Assembly (NCBI RefSeq): GCF_963921235.1
Contig: NC_086108.1
Coordinates: 4,402,001-4,466,000, forward strand
From: Mobula hypostoma
Lineage: Eukaryota
DNA length: 64,000 nucleotides
Reading direction: 5' to 3'
Within the stretch, counting starts at the first letter, position 1. Each line of letters begins with the position of its first letter. The position numbers and the translations under genes are program-made. Below, piece after piece: positions 49,888 to 61,698 of this stretch. The notes below the pieces were generated by a model. That model ran no database searches and was not told where the DNA came from. It saw only the letters and a program-made list of their open reading frames with translations.

Positions 49888-50459
49888 GTAGGTTCACCTT
49901 CCTCCCGTGTAGGGGGAACGGCAGGGGAGGGATGAGGAGATGAGGGGAGCAAGGGGATGAGAGGGGAGGGAGGGGATGGGGGGAGGAGTTTAAGGGAATG
50001 AAGGGGTGAGGGAGGGGAGGGTAACAGATGAGGATCAGGTTCGAGGTTTGGACAGGAAGTATGTTGAGTGTCAAGGGGAGAGTCATGGAATTGAACAACA
50101 CAGAAAAGGCCCTTCAGCCCAAATGGTCTATGCTGACCAATGGTCCCGTAAAATATCCCAACTGCAACGGGGCAGATGAAGTTCCTGGCGATGAGTGAGA
50201 GGAGATGGAGGAGGTGTGAGGTGGAGGGTGTTGGGGTAAATGTTGAGGATTCGGGGTGAGTTCGGAGTCGGGGTGAAGTGTTGGGATTGGTGTGCAAATG
50301 GGCGAATGGCGATGCAGATAGGTGCAGCCTATGGTTTTGGCAGTGGGAATTTTGGGGAGTTTGAAATTGAGAAAGATGCTCCAAAAATGCACAATTACCT
50401 TGCCCATCTTTGGTGAAATGGTGCTGGTACCTGTGGGGTTAACTCATTCTGTGTCCAGG

Positions 50460-51180
50460 TTGTCCCTGTGTCCGTGCTCCCTGTCCTGTGTCTGAACCCT
50501 TGTCCATGCTCCCTGTCTTGTGTCTGATCCTGTGTCCGTGTTCCCTGTCTCGAGTCTGATCCCGTGTCCGCGTTCCCTGTCTCGTGTCTGATCCTGTGTC
50601 CGTGCGCCCTGTCTTGTGTCTGAGCCTGTGTTTGTGTTCCCTGGCTCGTATCTGATCCTGTGTTTGTGTTCCCTGTCTCGTGTCTGATCCTGTGTCTGTG
50701 CGCCCTGTCCTGTGTCTGATCCTGTGTCCGCCTTCCCTGTCCCGTGCCTGATCCCGTGTCCGCCTTCCCTGTCTCTAGTCTGATCCCGTGTCCGTGTTCC
50801 CTGTCTCGAGCCTGATCCCGTGTCCGCGTTCCCTGTCTCGTGTCTGATCTCGTGTCTGATCCTGTGTCCGTGTTCCCTGTCTCATGTCGGTACCCCATGT
50901 CCATGTTCCCTGTTTTATATTCATGCAACTTGTCTGTGTTCCCTGACTTGTGTCTGTTCCTGTGTTGTGTTCCCTGTCCTGTGTTTGAGCCCTGTATCTG
51001 TGTTCCCTGTCTGTCTCATGTCTGAACCTTGGGTCTGTGTTCTGTATGTCCTGTCTGAAATCCATTTCCGTGTTCCCTGTCCTGTGTCTGATTCCTGTAT
51101 ACGTTTTCGTTGTCCCATGTCTGAGCTCTGTTTCTGTGTTTGCTGTCCCGTGTCTGAGCTCCGTGTGCGCATTCTGTGTC
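50460..51180. repeat. ~32-bp degenerate minisatellite (CTGATCCTGTGTCCGTGTTCCCTGTCTCGTGT)
   Basis: 32-nt period (50524, 50556), degenerating toward the 3' side. Confidence 0.85.
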
Positions 51181-51219
51181 AGGCAACAATTATGGCTTTA
51201 GTCCTTGGAATGTAGGAGA

Positions 51220-51700
51220 GTGAGGGGTGACCTTGTGGAGTGTTTAAAATCACTAGTAGTGACTTTGTTGAAGTGTTTAAAATCACGAGGATGACCTTGT
51301 GGAGTGTTTAAAATCACGAGTGGACCTTGTAGAGTGTTTAAAATCATGAGGGGTGACCTTGTTGAAGTGTTTAAAATCACAAAGGGTGACCTTATGGAGT
51401 GTTTAAAGTCACGAGGGGTGACCTTATGGAGTGTTTAAAATCACGAGTGAACCTTGTTGAGTGTTTAAAATCATGAGTGGTGACCTTATGGAGTGTTTAA
51501 AGTCATGAGGGGTGACCTTATGGAGTGTTTAAAATCACGAGTGAACCTTATGGAGTGTTTAAAATCACGAGTGAACCTTGTTGAGTGTTTAAAATCATGA
51601 GTGGTGACCTTATGGAGTGTTTAAAATCACGAGGGGTGACATTGTGGAGTGTTTAAAATCACGAGGGGTGACATTGTGGAGTGTTTAAAATCATGAGTGG
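51220..51700 (+). repeat. ~31-bp minisatellite (GACCTTGTGGAGTGTTTAAAATCACGAGGGGT), about 15 copies, derived from a CR1 ORF2 C-terminal segment
   Basis: Flanks read AGGAGAGTGAGGGGTGACCTT... and ...GGGAATCAAACCCAGAGGTATAAGGTT, matching the CR1 'RRxRGDLIEVFKI...SxTRGH' region. Confidence 0.8.
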
Positions 51701-51922
51701 TACAGAAGAGTGAGTACACTTGAGTCTTTCTCCAAGGGAAAGGGAATCAAACCCAGAGGTATAAGGTTGGGGGGGTGGGGGGAGAGGCTCAGAAGACACC
51801 AGGAGGGCGAATTCTCCAGGCCGAAGGGTGTTGTGTAGATAGCTCCAGAAAGTCGATGACTCTGGGATTGTACCTGTCTGAAGTTTGTAACTCGAATTGT
51901 TTTTGCTTCCCCGATCCTGCAG

Positions 51923-52030
51923 GCTTGGGCCCAGGACAGTTGTACACCTACCCGGCCCGTTGTTGGCGTAAGAAACGGCGCCTAAACATCTTGGAAGATC
52001 CACGACTTCGGCCCTGTGAAATTAAACTCG
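51923..52030 (+). CDS. DPF1: DPF1 coding exon 3 (108 nt; includes basic NLS-like WRKKRR)
   Basis: Encodes [36 protein letters not shown]. Acceptor CCTGCAG| and donor G|GTAAAA; the phase-1 join with exon 2 gives GGC (Gly). [13 protein letters not shown] is diagnostic of DPF1. Confidence 0.96.
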
Positions 52031-52679
52031 GTAAAAGAGCCTTCTTTCTAATTTTTTACTCCCTTGATCTGCACTCAGGTTTGAGGGCAAGTCTTTAAAA
52101 TGATTATTGGTGTTTTCAGTAAGTTCTCCCCTCTCCCACTTGTTTGGTGAACGAGCCCACAGCCGACCAGAGCAGGGGGTCAGCAACACTCAACGCCACA
52201 TTGACGTGGGGAGGACACTTCTATTTGTGTTCAAAACTGGGACCTGGTCCATCACAACAAAAAAATTCAAAAATGCAAAAGTCACCCCTCGTGATTCCGG
52301 AGAAACCCCTCTCCACAGAGCAATGGGATATGGAAGCAACACACACAAAATGCTGGAGGACTTAGCGGGCCAGCCAGCATCTCTGGAAAATAGTACAGTC
52401 GGCGTTTCGGGCAAAGGGGAAGGGTCCTGGCGAAGGATCTCAGCCCGAAAGGTCATCTGTACTCTTTTCCATAGTTGCTATAACTATAATAGGATCAATG
52501 AAAGATCAACCAGAGTGCAGAAGATAACAAACTGTGTAAATACTAATGTAAATAAATAACAAGAACATGAGATAATGGGATAAAGAATCCTTAAAGTGAA
52601 ATCATTAGTTGTGGGAATAACTCAATGGATGTGTGAAGTGAGTGCAGTTATCCCCTTTTGTTCAAGAACCTGATGGTTG

Positions 52680-55350
52680 GGAGCTGAATGTCCCAACACA
52701 TTCTATCGGACGGATAGGAAGGTAGGCAGAGGGGGTGGTGTGGCTCTGCTGGTAAAGATTGGCATCAAATCAGTAGAAAGATGTGACATAGGATTGGAAG
52801 CTGTTGAATCCTTGTGGGTTGAGTTAAAAAACTGCAAAGGTTAAAGGATGCTGATAACAGTTATATACAGGCCTCCCAACAGTAGCTGGGATGTGGACCA
52901 CAGATCACAACAGGAAATAGAAATGGCGAGTCAAAAGGGCAACATTATGGAAGTCATGGGAGATTTTAACATGCAGGTCGGGTTGGTAATGGGTCTCAAG
53001 AGAGTGAGTTTGTTGAATGCCTAAGAGGTGGCTTCTTAGAGCAGTTTGTCGTTGAGCCTACTAGGGGATCAGCTATACTGGATGGGGTGTTATGTAATGA
53101 ACCAGAGGTGATTAGGGAGCTTAAGGTAAAGGAACCCTTAGGAACCAGTAATCACAATATGATTGAGTTCAACTTGAAATTTGATAGGGAGAAAGTAATT
53201 CTGATGTAGCAGTATTTCAGTGGAGGAAGGGAAATTACAGTGGTATGAAAAAGCAGTTGACCAAAGAAAATTGGAAGGAGCTGGGAGAAATGAGGAAGGT
53301 GCAGGATAGATGTATTCCAAAAAAATGAAGAAATACTCAAATGGTAAAATAGTAGAACTGTGGCAGATGAGGGAAGTCAAAACTATTGTAAAAGCAAAAG
53401 AAAGGGCGCACAACAAAGCAAAAATTAGCAGGAAGGTAGAGGATCGGGAAGTTTTTAAAACCTACAGAAAGCAACTAAAAAATCATTAGAAGCGAAAAGA
53501 GGAAATATGAAAGCAAGTGAGCAAATAATATCAAAACGGATAGTAAAAGTTTTTTCAAGTATGTTAAAAATAAAAGAGAAATGAGAGTGGATATTGGACT
53601 GCTAGAAAATGAGGCAGGAGAAATAATAACGGGGGACAAGGAGATGGCTGATGAACTAAATGGGTATTTTGCATCAGTCTTCGCTGTGGAAGACACGAGC
53701 AGTGTGCCAGATGTTGTACCGTGTGATGGAAGAGAAGTGGGTGCAGTTACTATAACAAGGGAGAAGGTGCTCAAAAAGCTGAAAGACCTAAAGGTACATA
53801 AGTCACCCGGGCCAGAGGAACTGCAATCTAGGGTTGTGAAAGAGGTAGTGTTAGAGATTGAGCTGGTATTAAAAATGATCTTTCAAACATCATTGGACTC
53901 TGGCATGGTGCCATAGGACTGGAAAAATGCAAATGTCACTCCACTCTTTAAGAAAGGAGGAAAGTACCAGAAAGGAAATTATAGACCAGTTAGCCTGACT
54001 ACAGTAGTTGGGAAGATGTTAGAGTCAATTGTTAAGGATGAGGTGATGGAGTACTTGGTGACAGTACAAAGTCAGCATGGTTTCCTTAAGGGAAACCCTA
54101 CCTGATGAACCTATTGGAAATCTTTGAGGAGACTACAAGTAGGATAAATAAAGGGGATGCAGTGGATGTTGTGTATTTGGATTTTCAGAAGGCCTTTCTC
54201 AAGGTGCCACACATGAGGCTTATTACCAAGTTAAGAGCCCGTGGTATTACAGGAAAGTTACTCACATGGTTAGAGCATTGGCTGATTGGTAGGAGGCAGC
54301 GAGTGGGAATAAAAGATCCTTTTCTGGTTGGCTGCCAGTAACTAGTGGTGTTCCGCAGGGGTCGGTGTTGGGACCACTTTTTTTTATGCTGTATATCAAT
54401 GATTTAAATGACGGAATAGATGGCTTTATTGCCAAGTTTGGAGATAATACAAAGATTGGTGGAGGGGCAGGTAGTGTTGAGGAAACAGGTAGGATGCAGA
54501 AGGACTTAAGACAGATTTGGAGAATGGACAAGAAAGTGACAAATGAAATACAATGTTGGAAAATGCATGATCATGCGCTTTGGTAGTAGAAATAAATGTG
54601 CAGACTATGTTTTAAACGGGGAGAAAATCAAAAATTTGAGATACAAATGGACTTGGGAGTCCTTGTGCAAAACACGCTAAAGGTTAACTTGCAGGTTGAG
54701 TTGGTGGTGAGGAAGGCAAATGCAATGTTAGCATTCCTTTCAAGAGGTCTAGAATAGAAGAGCAGGGATGTGATGCTGAGGATTTATGAGGCATTGGTGA
54801 GGCCTCACCTTGAGTATTGTGAACAGTTTTGGGCTCCTCATCTAAGAAAAGATGTGCTGGCAGTGGAGAGGGTCGAGAGGAGGTTCACAAGGATGATTCC
54901 AGGAATGAAAGAGTTACCATATGAGGAACGTTTGATGGCTCTGGGTCTGTACTCATTGGAATTTAGGAGGATGAGGGGGAATCTTTCGAATGTTGAAAGG
55001 CCTAGACAGAGTAGATGTGGAAAGGATGTTTACAGTCTAGGAATAGAGGGCACAGCTTCAGGATAGAGGGGCGCCCTTTCAAAATAGAGATGTAGAGAAA
55101 TTTCTTTAGCCAAAGGGTGGTGAATTTGTGGAATTTGTTGCCACTTGCAGCTGTGGAGGTCAGGTCGTTGGGTGTATTTAAAGCAGAGGTTGATAGGTTC
55201 TTGGTTGGACATGACATCAAAGGTTACAGGGAGAAGGCAAGGGACTGGGGCTGCGGGGGGAAAAAAGGATCAGCCATGACTGAATGGTGGAGCAGACTCA
55301 ATGGGCCAGATGGCCTCATTCTGCTCCTATGTCTTATGGTCTTATGGTCT
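52680..55350 (+). mobile_element. Decayed 5'-truncated CR1 LINE nested in a minus-strand Rex/Babar-type 3' remnant
   Basis: ORF2 motifs YLDFQKAF, SGVPQGSVLGP, KFGDNTKIG, LVRPHLEYC. Tail (CTTATGGT)n and 7-bp TSD ATGGTTG (52673-52679 / 55351-55357). The host element continues at 55358-55650. Confidence 0.9.
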
Positions 55351-55739
55351 ATGGTTGAGGAGTAGTAACTGTTCTTAAACCTGGTGGTGAGAGTCCTGAG
55401 GTTCCTGTACCTTCTATCTAATGGCAGCAGTGAGAAGAGAGCATGGCCTGGGTGGTGGGGATCCCTGATGATGGACGCTGCTTTCCTATGACAGTGTTTC
55501 ATGTAGATGTGCTCAATGGTTAGGAGGGCTTTACCTTGATGTGCTGGGCTGAATCCACTACCTTTTGGAGGATTTTCTATTCATGGGCATTGGTGTTTCC
55601 ATACCAGGTTGTGGTGCAGCCAGTCAATACACTCTCCACCGCACATCTATACATATAGAAGTAGAAATTAGGCCATTCTTCCCATTGAGTCTGCTCTGCC
55701 ATTCCATCATTTCTAATTATTATAGCTCTCAATCCCACT

Positions 55740-56087
55740 CTGGCCTTTTACCTCTTCTCAGCTCCTATCACCTCTCCTTGGGTCCCCTCCTCCTTCCCTT
55801 TCTCCCATGGTCCACTCTCCTCTCCTATCAGATTCCCTCCTTTCCAGCCCTTTACCTTTCCCACCCACCTGGGTTCACCTATCGCCTTCCAGCTATATTC
55901 CTTACCCACCACCCCACCTTTTTATTCTGCTGTCTTCTCCCTCCCTTCTCAATTCTGAAGAAGGGCCTTGGCCTGAATCGTCGACTGTTGATTCATTTCC
56001 ATAGATGCTGCCTGACCTGCTGAGTTTCCCTGGTAACTTGTGTGTGTTGCTTTGGATTTCCAGCAACTGCAGACACTTCTCATGTTT
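55740..56087 (+). mobile_element. Penelope-like terminal-repeat fragment with a degenerate hammerhead motif
   Basis: A pyrimidine-rich leader precedes CTGAAGA-AGGGCCTTGGCCT-GAAT-CG-TC-GACTG and the shared CCTGCTGAG...TGTGTGTTGC tail. Confidence 0.6.
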
Positions 56088-57769
56088 TCCTGCCTTCTCC
56101 CTGTAACCTTTGACCCCCTTCCCTTACTACTTCCACTTTAACATTACCCAGTGGTTTGGCCTCCACATGCTGCCTGTGGCAATGAATTCCACAGATTACC
56201 TGTATGAATCACCACACGCTCTTCCTCATGTCTGTTCTAAAGGGACATCCTTCTGCTCTGAGGCTGTGTCCTCTGGTCCACATCCTCTCCACGTCCACTC
56301 TATCTAGGCCACATCTACTTGAGATACATCAACTTTGAACTTTGAACTGTGAAAAGCTTTTGTTTCCCATGCCACCTGGACAGATTACTGACTCACTGCC
56401 CGTTACGCCGCTGGTGTTTAGAGCAGCAGTGAAGATCCCCCATCTCTGGTGGTGTTCAAGGCTTCCTTCATCATGTCAGTAGCTTCCTCTCAGTTTTCAC
56501 TACTGTCAGTCATACAAGTCCCGGTGGAGACTCAGGAATACCCTCACACTCAGATGTAGAAGGATTCTTCATTGCAGTTTCCGTAACAATATTGTTTGAC
56601 CAGTCAGGGTTGTAGCCGTGAGGTGAACCCCCAAACCTGGAGGACTGGTGAACCACTCTGAGTCTGCCCTCTACCCTTTGACCTGTTTGACGTGGGTGAC
56701 CTTACCAAGAACCAAAGAACTGAGGCAAAAGCCTCAAACCACGACGAGGCTGTGGTCCTCTTGGACAAAGTACATTGATGTATTAAAAAGAAAAAAAACT
56801 GCAGAAATTGTACTGTAGTTGTTGGTAAGCAAAGTGCAGGGGGCCATGACGAGATCAAAGAGGTCTTCCTTCAGTGTGTGAGAGGTCCAGTCAAGGTCTG
56901 CCAACCCTGGGGTGAAGCTGTCTCTGAGCCTGGTGTACATGCTTTGACCTGTTTGACATGGGTGACCCTACCAAGAGCCAAAGCATGAAGCCCTGACTCC
57001 AGCCAACACAACTCTCTGGGCCATTGAGGTCTGGGCCTGCCAACACTGGGGTGAAGCTGTCTCTGAGCCTGGTGTACCTGGTTTTGTGGATTTTGTGTTT
57101 ACTTGCCAATGAAAAGAGTGCCTGTCCCAGGCGGGAGGGGCCGAATGCATGGACCGACATATCAGAATGGGAATGGGAAGGCGACTTGCAGTGGGCGATG
57201 AAAGAGCGAAGTAGCTTGACAAAGTGGTCCTCAGTCTGTGTTGGGTCTCACCGATGTAAAGCAGGCCACACTGGATACAAGTGCTGCTTCACATGGAAGG
57301 TCTATTTTTGGCCGGGAATCATGGTGAGGGAAGAGACGTAGAGGCTGGTGGGTGAAGGCAGAGGATAGTAAAACCCATCTGGAGCATCCCCGCGGCCTCC
57401 CTTCCCCCATATGTAACACTTACCAGGAGCGTTGGAGATGAAGAGATCAAAGCATTGTTGGGAACCCCTACCACCCATCCCACAATCTCTTTGACCCACT
57501 ACCCATCAGGAAGGAGGTACAGGGGCATCAGGACTAGGACTGCCAGACTGGTAGCAGCTTCTTCCCCCAGGCTGTGAGAGTAATGAATACCCTGTCACCC
57601 CCGAGGTCTCGTTCCCAGAACAGCGAGCTGCTTACTGTTTACCTGAGCTGCACAATTGATATACATTTTAAATTATATTTTATTAGCTTATCTCTGTTTT
57701 ATGTGCTGTGCGTGATATAAGTTTTGAGAGTGCACTGAGCTGCAGAGGAAGCTTTGTTCATTTGGTTGT

Positions 57770-58322
57770 ATAGTCATAGTCATACCTTATTGATCCCGGG
57801 GGAAATTGGTTTTCGTTACAGTTGCACCATAAATAATAAATAGTAATAAAACCATAAATAGTTAAATAGTAATATGTAAATTATGCCAGTAAATTATGAA
57901 ATAAGTCCAGGACCAGCCTATTGGCTCAGGGTGTCTGACCCTCCAAGGGAGGAGTTGTAAAGTTTGATGGCCACAGGCAGGAATGACTTCCTATGACGCT
58001 CTGTGTTGCATCTCGGTGGAATGAGTCTCTGGCTGAATGTACTCCTGTGCCCACCCAGTACATTATGTAGTGGATGGGAGACATTGACCAAGATGGCATG
58101 CAACTTGGACAGCATCCTCTTTTCAGACACCACCGTCAGAGAGTCCAGTTCCATCCCCACAACATCACTGGCCTTACGAATGAGTTTGTTGATTCTGTTG
58201 GTGTCTGCTACCCTCAGCCTGCTGCCCCAGCACACAACAGCAAACATGATAGCACTGGCCACCATAGACTCGTAGAACATCCTCAGCATCGTCCGGCAGA
58301 TGTTAAAGGACCTCAGTCTCCT
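57770..58322 (-). mobile_element. Short 5'-truncated Rex1 copy, nearly identical to 42050-42602
   Basis: Same 3' UTR and tail, and the same RRLRSFNICRTMLRMFYES...GGSDTLSQ C-terminus with few substitutions. Confidence 0.9.
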
Positions 58323-58697
58323 AAATAAGTATTCACCCCTCCCCCCTTGGAAGTTTTCATCTTTTATTGTTCTACAACATTGAATCACATTCGATTTAAT
58401 TTGGCTTTTTTGATACTGATCAACAGAGATAGACTCTTTCTTGTCAAAGTGGAAATAGATCTCTAAATTAATTGCAAATATAAAACACAAAATAATTGAT
58501 TGCACAAGTATTCACCCCCTTTAATATGACCCACCAAATCATCACTGGTGCAGCCAATTGGTTTTAGAAGTCACATAATTAGTTAAACGGAGATCATCTG
58601 TATACAGTCAAGGTGTTTCAATTGATTGCAGTAAAAATACACCTGTATCTGGAAGATCCAACTGCTGGTGAGTCAGTATCCTGGCAAAAGCCACACT

Positions 58698-60059
58698 ATG
58701 AGGACAAAAGAACACTCCAAGCAACTCCATGAAAGGGCTGTTGAAAAGCACAAGTCAGGAGATGGACACAGGAAAATTTCCAAGTCACTGAATATCCCCT
58801 GGAGTACAGTTCAGTCAATGATCAAGAAGTGGAAAGAATATGTCACAGCTGTAAATCTGCCTAGAGCAGGCCATCCTCAAAAACTGAGTGACCGTGCAAG
58901 AAGGGGACTAGTGAGGGAGGCCACCAAGAGACCTATGACACCTCTGGAGGAGTCACAAGCTTCAGTGGCTGAGATGGGAGAGACTGTGTATACAACCGTT
59001 GTCCGGGTGCGTCACCAGTCACAGCTTTATGGGAGGGTGGCAAAGAGAAAGCCACTGTTGGGAAAAAAAACTCACATGAAATCTCAGCTAGAGTTTGCCA
59101 GAAGGCATGAAAGTCAGCTGGAAGAAGGTGCTATGGTTTAATGAAACCAAAATTGATCTTTCTGGCCATCAGACTAAGCACTATGTTTAGCATAAGCCAA
59201 ACACTGCACATCATCAAAAACACACCATCCCTACCATGAAGCATGCTGTGGGGATGCTTCACTGCAGCAGGCCCTGGAAGGCTTGTGAAGGTAGAGGGTA
59301 AAATGAATGCAGCAAAATACAGGGAAATCCAGGAGGAAAACCTGATGCGGTCTGCAAGAGAACTGCAACTTAGGAGAAGATTTGTTTTCCAGCAAGTCAA
59401 TAACCCCAAGCATAAAGCCAAAGCTACACAGGAACGGCTTAAAAATTAACAAAGTTAATGTCTTGGAGTGACAAGTCAGAGTCCAGACTAAATGAGAATT
59501 TGTGGCTGGACTTACAATCCCCATGCAAATCTGACAGAGCTTGAACAGTTTTGTAAAGAATGGAGAAAATTGTAGTGTCCAGATGTGCAAAGCTCATACT
59601 TTATACTTTATTGTCGCCAAACAATTGATACTAGAACGTACAATCATCACAGTGATATTTGATTCTGCGCTTCACACTCCCTGGATTACAAATATTAAGT
59701 ATTATAAATATTAAAAATTTAAATTATAAATCATAAATAGAAAATAGAAAAATGGGAAGTAAGGTAATGCAAAAAAACCGAGGGGCAGGTCCAGATATTT
59801 GGAGGGTACGGCCCAGATCCGGGTCAGGATCCGTTCAGCAGTCTTATCACAGTTGGAAAGAAGCTGTTCCCAAATCTGACCGAACGAGTCTTCAAGCTCC
59901 TGAGCCTTCTCCCGGAGGGAAGAGGGACGAAAAGTGTGTTGGCTTGGTGGGTGGTGTCCTTGATTATCCTGGCAGCACTGCTCCGACAGTCTGATGGAGA
60001 CCTATCCACACAGATTCAAGGCTGTAATTGCTGCCAAAGGTGCATCTACTAAATACTGA
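58698..60059 (+). pseudogene. Tc1-like transposase pseudogene
   Basis: Paired-like HTH MRTKEHSKQL..ISKSLNIPWSTVQSMIKKWK, GRVAKRKPLL, MLWGCF and terminal AVIAAKGASTKY*. The catalytic motifs are degraded (WFNETK, QQVNNPKH), and there are frameshifts plus a LINE insertion at 59595-59990. Confidence 0.88.
59595..59990 (-). mobile_element. LINE 3' fragment (Rex/Babar-like) inserted in the Tc1 transposase
   Basis: Minus-strand RSSAARIIKDTTHQANTLFVPLPSGRRLRSLKTRSVRFGNSFFP with an (AAAGTAT)n tail. The Tc1 sequence is continuous across the insert (TGTGCAAAGCT | CTGATGGAGACCTATCC). Confidence 0.8.
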
Positions 60060-61321
60060 CTTGAGGAGGGTGTGAATACTTATGCAATCAATTATTTTGT
60101 GTTTTATATTTGTAACTAATTTAGATCACTTTGTAGAAATCTGTTTTCACTTTGACATGAAAAATTCTTATTTCTGTTGATCAGTGTGAAAAAGCAACAA
60201 ATTAAATCCACCGTGGTTCAATGTTGTAAAACAATAAAACATGAAACTTCCAAAGGGGGGTGAATACTTTTTATAGGCACTGTGTGACGTCAATAAACTT
60301 GAACTTGATAGGTAGAAGATGACCGGAGAAAGGAAGGGGCTGGAGGAGCTGGGGAGGGTGAAGGTGGGTACAGAAATGGACGGCTGATGCGAAGGGGGCA
60401 GGAAAGCTACAAGGTTAAATGAAAAGGTGAGAGTGAGGGAGATGAGGGCAGCTGATGTGGAGTGGAAATGCTAGCACAGGGCAGATGACTCAAACAGGCC
60501 ACCCATTCGAAGCTACTTATTGCACGATGTGGGACCATCCCTTTAAGATCGTCATGGCGTGCCCTTTGGGGCAGAGTGTTACAAGCCATTGATAAGCCTG
60601 ATTGATTGATGAACTACCCCGGGGTCAGTGATCAGCTCTACTCTCTGATCGATTGGCCCTTTCTTTCATACTGAAACGTGGCAGCTTGTCAGAACTGCGT
60701 GATTATCACCATTTTAACAAGGTCTGATTGGCGCTAATCAATTCTCCTTCATGGCTCCTGGGACCCAGCTAATAACTGATAGGCCATTTAATTAGTGGCC
60801 GGAGAATTAACGCTTCTTCCTCACTGACAAACTCTGAGTACACAGTTAAAACCAAGTTGGTTAAGTGGGGTTGATTCCCCGAGAAAGCCTGTGTGGTCCT
60901 GAACACTCCATGTAACATGGTACCGTAGCCATTAGCGCCATTACAGCGATCACCAATCGGAGTTCAGTCCCTGCCGCTCTCTTTAAGGAGTTTGTACATT
61001 CTCCCCATGGGGAGACCACGTGGCTCTCCTCCCACAGTCCAAGGACCTATGGGTTAGGGTTACCTGAGTTGTGGGCGTACCCACAGGAGGCATGGCTCCT
61101 GCCCCCCTGGAACATCCTGGTGTTTGTCAATGACGCAAGTCACTACATTGTCATGATATAGATGTGACAAATCAAGCTAATCTATAAGCTATGTTCGGTG
61201 CCTGACCTACAATACCGTTAATCAGAATCAGGTTTAGTATCACCAGCAAATGTTGTGAAATTTGCTGTTTTGTGGCGGCAGTACAGTGTAATAATAAACA
61301 CTGAATTACAGGAAATGTGTT

Positions 61322-61698
61322 CAGTTCTGTGCAAAAGTCTTAGGCACATCTGTGAAGTGAAGATGCTTTAAAAAATAATGAAATAAAAAGTTTCTAAATA
61401 ACAGAAGATTACTATAAAGAGCAATAAAAACTCCAAATCAATATTTGGTGTGACCATTCTTTACCTTTAAAAGTTTGTCAATTCTCTTGGGTCCACTGTT
61501 GTACGGGTTTATAACAGAATCAGCTGGTAGGTTGTTGGAGAGCTCGCCACAGTTCCTCTGCAGACTCTCGCTTGCTTCTGTCTCTCCAGGTAATCCCAGA
61601 CAGCCTCGATGATATTGAGATCAGGGCTGTATGGGGGCCACACCATCTGAAACCATATATAAAAAATCTAGCGTTCCTAAGATTTTTGCACAGTACTG
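61322..61698. mobile_element. Non-autonomous Tc1-type MITE (~377 bp)
   Basis: 26-bp imperfect TIRs: CAGTTCTGTGCAAAAGTCTTAGGCAC versus the reverse complement of the right end, CAGTACTGTGCAAAAATCTTAGGAAC. Confidence 0.75.

Larger units (their letters stand above)
58323..60282 (+). mobile_element. Tc1/mariner DNA transposon with IR/DR-type long inverted repeats (inactive)
   Basis: ~200-bp inverted repeats at 58323-58520 and 60068-60282, each with two DRs (AAGTATTCACCCC / GGGTGAATACTT-like). The right terminus is ...AGGCACTG. Confidence 0.92.

Noticed and set aside
48366..50384. 672-aa minus-strand PPSGTPN-repeat ORF
   Set aside because: It is the translation of the G-rich minisatellite and lies antisense to the real DPF1 exon 2.
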